55,223 nucleotides of DNA from positions 1 to 55,223 of the IMG/VR virus record IMGVR_UViG_3300025282_000042. One strand, given 5' to 3'. This DNA is from a virus (Duplodnaviria; Caudoviricetes). How positions within the stretch are numbered: position 1 is the first letter of the stretch; the number at the start of each line of letters is the position of its first letter. Shown here piece after piece: positions 52,901-55,223 of this stretch. The notes beneath the pieces were generated by a model. That model was given only the letters and a program-made list of their open reading frames with translations. It searched no databases and was not told the DNA's origin. A program made the translations under genes and the position numbers.

Positions 52901-54461
52901 TCAGTGGTTTATTTGCGTGTTTCGCTATTGCTTCTGGTGATCCCCTAAGAACATTATCTAAATCCTCCAGAACACCCTTACGCAAATCTCCTATTTTTTT
53001 AACACCAAACTCTTTTTCAACAGCCTTTTTAAGAGTTACTAACCTTGTATTTACACCTCGCAAGATTTTATTTCCTGCAGCTTCTTTTAGCCTTGTCAAT
53101 CTTCTAACTTCACGGGGAACAGCAGTTCCTATTCTTCTACTAATCTTTCCTAATAATGTAGTATACCATCTTCTTCCATCTTCAGCAACAGGCTCTACTG
53201 ATTTTGGAGAGTATCTTTTTAGACCTCTAAATAACCCTGTTCCTACACCCTCTTCTTCAAACTCAATACCAGCATGTTCGCCAGCATTTACTATAGCTTC
53301 TTTTGTTTCTTTATAAATCTCGTCAATTTCTTCTTTTGTTTTTTCCGTACCCTCTTCCTTTAATTCTTCAGCTAACTCTTTCCTTGTACCAACATGAATT
53401 ACAGCCTCACCATCCACCTCTAGTTTTTTTCCTTCTCTTCCTACAACTGTTTCAATTTCAGAAGCTGCTGTCCTTGCTCCTATGGTAGGAAGATTTATAC
53501 TTGTAAGTGTTTCAAGAGCTTCTTCTTCTGCCGCCTCTTCCAAGGCAATCAGTCTAGCATCATTCTTTCTTAATTGTTTTTTAGCAAGGAAATGATTAAT
53601 GCCTCTTGCAGGACCATAACCAAAGCCAAATCCTAATGCTGTTCCTAATAATGCATCCCTAGCAACTTCACCATAATTTATCTGATCACTTGGATTATCA
53701 TGAACTTCATCAAACTGTTGTTGGACCATAGTATCCAGACCTGAATGTGCCCCTGTATATGCTGCACTTTCTGCCCCATAGAGCCTAGCCATCTTCTTTG
53801 ATGCAGTTTTTCTTGCTTCTTTTAATGCTTCAGTTGTAACACCTTTTGAAACTCCTTTTTCAGCAAACTCTTTTATTGCCTCTTTCTTTATCCCCTGTTT
53901 AGCCAGAGCCTTTTTCATCTGTTCTTTTAAAGTAAATCGTGCAGCTACATTTGCAACCCTACCTCCAGTTAATCTAGCAACAGTACCAAGACCAAAAGTT
54001 CCTATTACCGATCCCCAAACACTGGGGTCTTGAACCATATTTTTAGCTGCTCTAAGAAATGTAGTTCCATCACTGTCAAGATTTTCATACATATCCATAG
54101 AATTTACCCAAGCTCTTTTAGTACCAGTATCAAGATTATCAGCATTAAAAGCTAACCATCCTGTGCTTGTTATATCGTTGTTTACTTCGGAATGTCTATT
54201 TTTTAACCACTCAGCTAAACGCTTATTCGATCCCTTCCAGCGTTCTCCCTCTTCTGATTTATAGATAGTATTGGCATAGTCCAGCCACTGAGGATTTACA
54301 TTCAGGCTTTCTTCTGTAAATTGTTCTTCCTGCCCATCATCTGTTACAGTTTCTTCTGCATCAAATTGACTATAATCAACAGGAGTATAGTCTGATGAAG
54401 GAGAAACCTTTTCAGCTACATCAAATTGACTATAATCTACAGGAATATATGTATCGCTCAC
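49992..54461 (-). CDS. Large internal virion/ejection protein (T7 gp16-like position)
   Basis: 1489 aa, helical, with Gly/Ala-rich membrane-like segments; last gene of the ejection block; no RNA polymerase motifs seen. Confidence 0.65.
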   Translation of the reverse strand: MSDTYIPVDYSQFDVAEKVSPSSDYTPVDYSQFDAEETVTDDGQEEQFTEESLNVNPQWLDYANTIYKSEEGERWKGSNKRLAEWLKNRHSEVNNDITSTGWLAFNADNLDTGTKRAWVNSMDMYENLDSDGTTFLRAAKNMVQDPSVWGSVIGTFGLGTVARLTGGRVANVAARFTLKEQMKKALAKQGIKKEAIKEFAEKGVSKGVTTEALKEARKTASKKMARLYGAESAAYTGAHSGLDTMVQQQFDEVHDNPSDQINYGEVARDALLGTALGFGFGYGPARGINHFLAKKQLRKNDARLIALEEAAEEEALETLTSINLPTIGARTAASEIETVVGREGKKLEVDGEAVIHVGTRKELAEELKEEGTEKTKEEIDEIYKETKEAIVNAGEHAGIEFEEEGVGTGLFRGLKRYSPKSVEPVAEDGRRWYTTLLGKISRRIGTAVPREVRRLTRLKEAAGNKILRGVNTRLVTLKKAVEKEFGVKKIGDLRKGVLEDLDNVLRGSPEAIAKHANKPLTLKALASMREDISILQKELLDSGMIKEGSELETTIKASMDGKSGELWLTRQYKIFDDPDWGKTLKNNPKIRKEAEDYFRKRFAEGDEGFGIIFQNASEGRILSRGDQEIYDAYMGKNGAIQQTIKNLLDSHTEEDLITAFTSPLKFREGAAGKILTKRKDIPEELRGLLGEYKDPLTNYANSLMKINQTLETYQFENSIANLIKNVVPPEGAVAGRVGAEAEDVLRTRERPEWMGSEFGSYSPEWVKRLTGREVVEQGTGESLIRGAGTRPDPATGRTVELSSVLPVRAGVRRPITEGGEEIAGMEIDFLGGSLDTRASPLDRLYANKEVADAIINGNNIAVLQQKHLQKYLLLQGHTRAAKTVWSPTAIARNFLGAGWMAAGAGYFRPSSLKGIYQVARGMSKWSDKELRKEMEKGVALGYIQSGVDLGTYREALRLGSKKEFWNGADQIYKGDKTLKDKAVSINTSAVKLYQSMDDMWKQMAFINEKNTYKKILADQFGEGYPDQVARRMRSGDGEEIIITNLDEYAADMVSRHMQNYAGVPQFVRYARLLPAADFLAFTTELMRTQTNIYGTALRDIAQGSKLLSQTGGQRGGTQLKAGLTRAGSVISVTAAGTALPYTANEIFTDLNEKEEGQPYTRKQALEFFNAPYDKGDRFIYYGNPENGEGTRVNISYINPWAKFQSPIHAGIEALNRGEDVDGKILDAVGETWFKPLWETFGPSMLAESLVNIAVNRDKYGNKLYKGSNSLAQDMTAGVLGFLEPFDPGLFRTARNIYGAYTEQPFEGAEYAMKRGKAGRKTTKENELWSLTGVKPQKYDIKIELGYRMSDLKRQMGEAGKIFTDMTQQQSPMTAEELVEGYEEALEKQFSLAKDMFDVITHAKSLGMNNKDIYKAITREGYFPKFMDKKILANLINKGVYIPPAPLRKDIFKWNEATKKRGGSPPPVREAQAELINVYKSYVGAQTGQR

Positions 54462-55223
54462 TATAATTGACCTTCCGCTTCTTCTTCAGTTAAATTATAT
54501 TTTATCCTAAAATCTTTTATATGCCGATCTCTATTATTGGGATCGTTTTTTACAGCATCCCGAAATGACTTAATAGCATTTGGAGGTGGACCACCAGATA
54601 CTGCAGAAGGCTGCATTATTCCTGATGCTCTAGCTTTTTCTATATATGTCTCTAGTGCCAGAGGCATATCCCCAGTAACTTGAAATATTCTCATTGCACT
54701 AGTATATGCATCGGCATGTTTGCTTTCTGTATCTGCATCAAATGCACTTCCATCCAGATTTCTAAGCTGACCATCTACAATTGTAAAACGTCCCGGTGTT
54801 GCTCCTGACACCTGTTTTAAAAGGACATTATAATCTGCTGCTTCTACATTAGTCATAGTATTAGCAGCGTTATCTGCCAGTTGTTTATAAATCTTAATCC
54901 ATATCTCTGCCCGGTTTCCTTCTGCCTCAGTAGCAGCTTTTTCTGCTGCACTTTGCAGTTTAGCTAGTGCTTGTTGTCTTACTACGTCCCTCTGTGCAAT
55001 TTCAGCTTGCACTGTTTTAACAGCTATTTGTGCTTTTGCTCTTTCTGCTGGTTCCATTATTTGAGTAGTTCTTAGTGCTTCTTTTGCCTGACGATATTTC
55101 ATCAGATCATTTTCATAATTAGTCTCAAATTGACTTAACTCTTTAAAAGCATCTTTATCTCTTAATGTAGCTGCTCTATTCAAATTTCTAATTTCTTTTT
55201 TATCTAATCCTGCTCTTTCGATT
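54461..55223 (-). CDS. 3' part of the ejection protein that starts at 2105
   Basis: In frame across the circular junction (55183 corresponds to 92); TAG overlaps the GTG of the next gene. Confidence 0.75.
   Translation of the reverse strand, partial: IERAGLDKKEIRNLNRAATLRDKDAFKELSQFETNYENDLMKYRQAKEALRTTQIMEPAERAKAQIAVKTVQAEIAQRDVVRQQALAKLQSAAEKAATEAEGNRAEIWIKIYKQLADNAANTMTNVEAADYNVLLKQVSGATPGRFTIVDGQLRNLDGSAFDADTESKHADAYTSAMRIFQVTGDMPLALETYIEKARASGIMQPSAVSGGPPPNAIKSFRDAVKNDPNNRDRHIKDFRIKYNLTEEEAEGQL
55092..55223. repeat. Terminal overlap copy 2
   Basis: Matches 1-132 with one mismatch. Confidence 0.95.

Noticed and set aside
49992-54461. 1489-aa protein as an N4-like virion RNA polymerase reading the hairpins
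   Set aside because: No single-subunit RNAP motifs A/B/C or DxDGD motif are visible, and only three of the six hairpins have GNA/GNNA template loops; a structure search would be needed to revive the idea.

Overview
This is an apparently complete, circularly assembled genome (unit length about 55,091 bp; positions 1-132 repeat 55092-55223) of an AT-rich, probably lytic podovirus resembling uncultured marine proteobacterial phages. Two arms diverge from a structured non-coding region at about 26330-26955 and converge at about 48830-49000. The minus-strand arm carries TerL, portal, a solo GroES, scaffold, capsid, basic mini-proteins, tail and fibre proteins, large ejection proteins and an M15 endolysin. 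The plus-strand arm carries small early ORFs, a T7-type replisome (primase-helicase, Pol A, SSB, exonuclease, endonuclease I), class II RNR, tRNA-Arg, Hsp20, a glycosyltransferase cluster, holin, cupin, TerS and IscA. I found no RNA polymerase, integrase or reverse transcriptase. The most interesting signals are: (1) a candidate virion O-glycosylation system, made of a GT8-like enzyme and a GT/methyltransferase/Maf-like triple fusion, together with a V-S-[A/V/S/T] motif strongly enriched in outer virion proteins only; (2) six dispersed ~50-bp hairpins with covarying arms and a conserved two-register bulged core; (3) a repeat-delimited early mini-gene cassette array with RNase III-like hairpins and a three-way-junction ncRNA candidate; (4) recurring xxGG and GxGxAxRGWG peptide tags in internal and basic proteins; (5) a ROSE-like thermometer on hsp20. 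All product calls come from motif recognition by eye, not from database searches.
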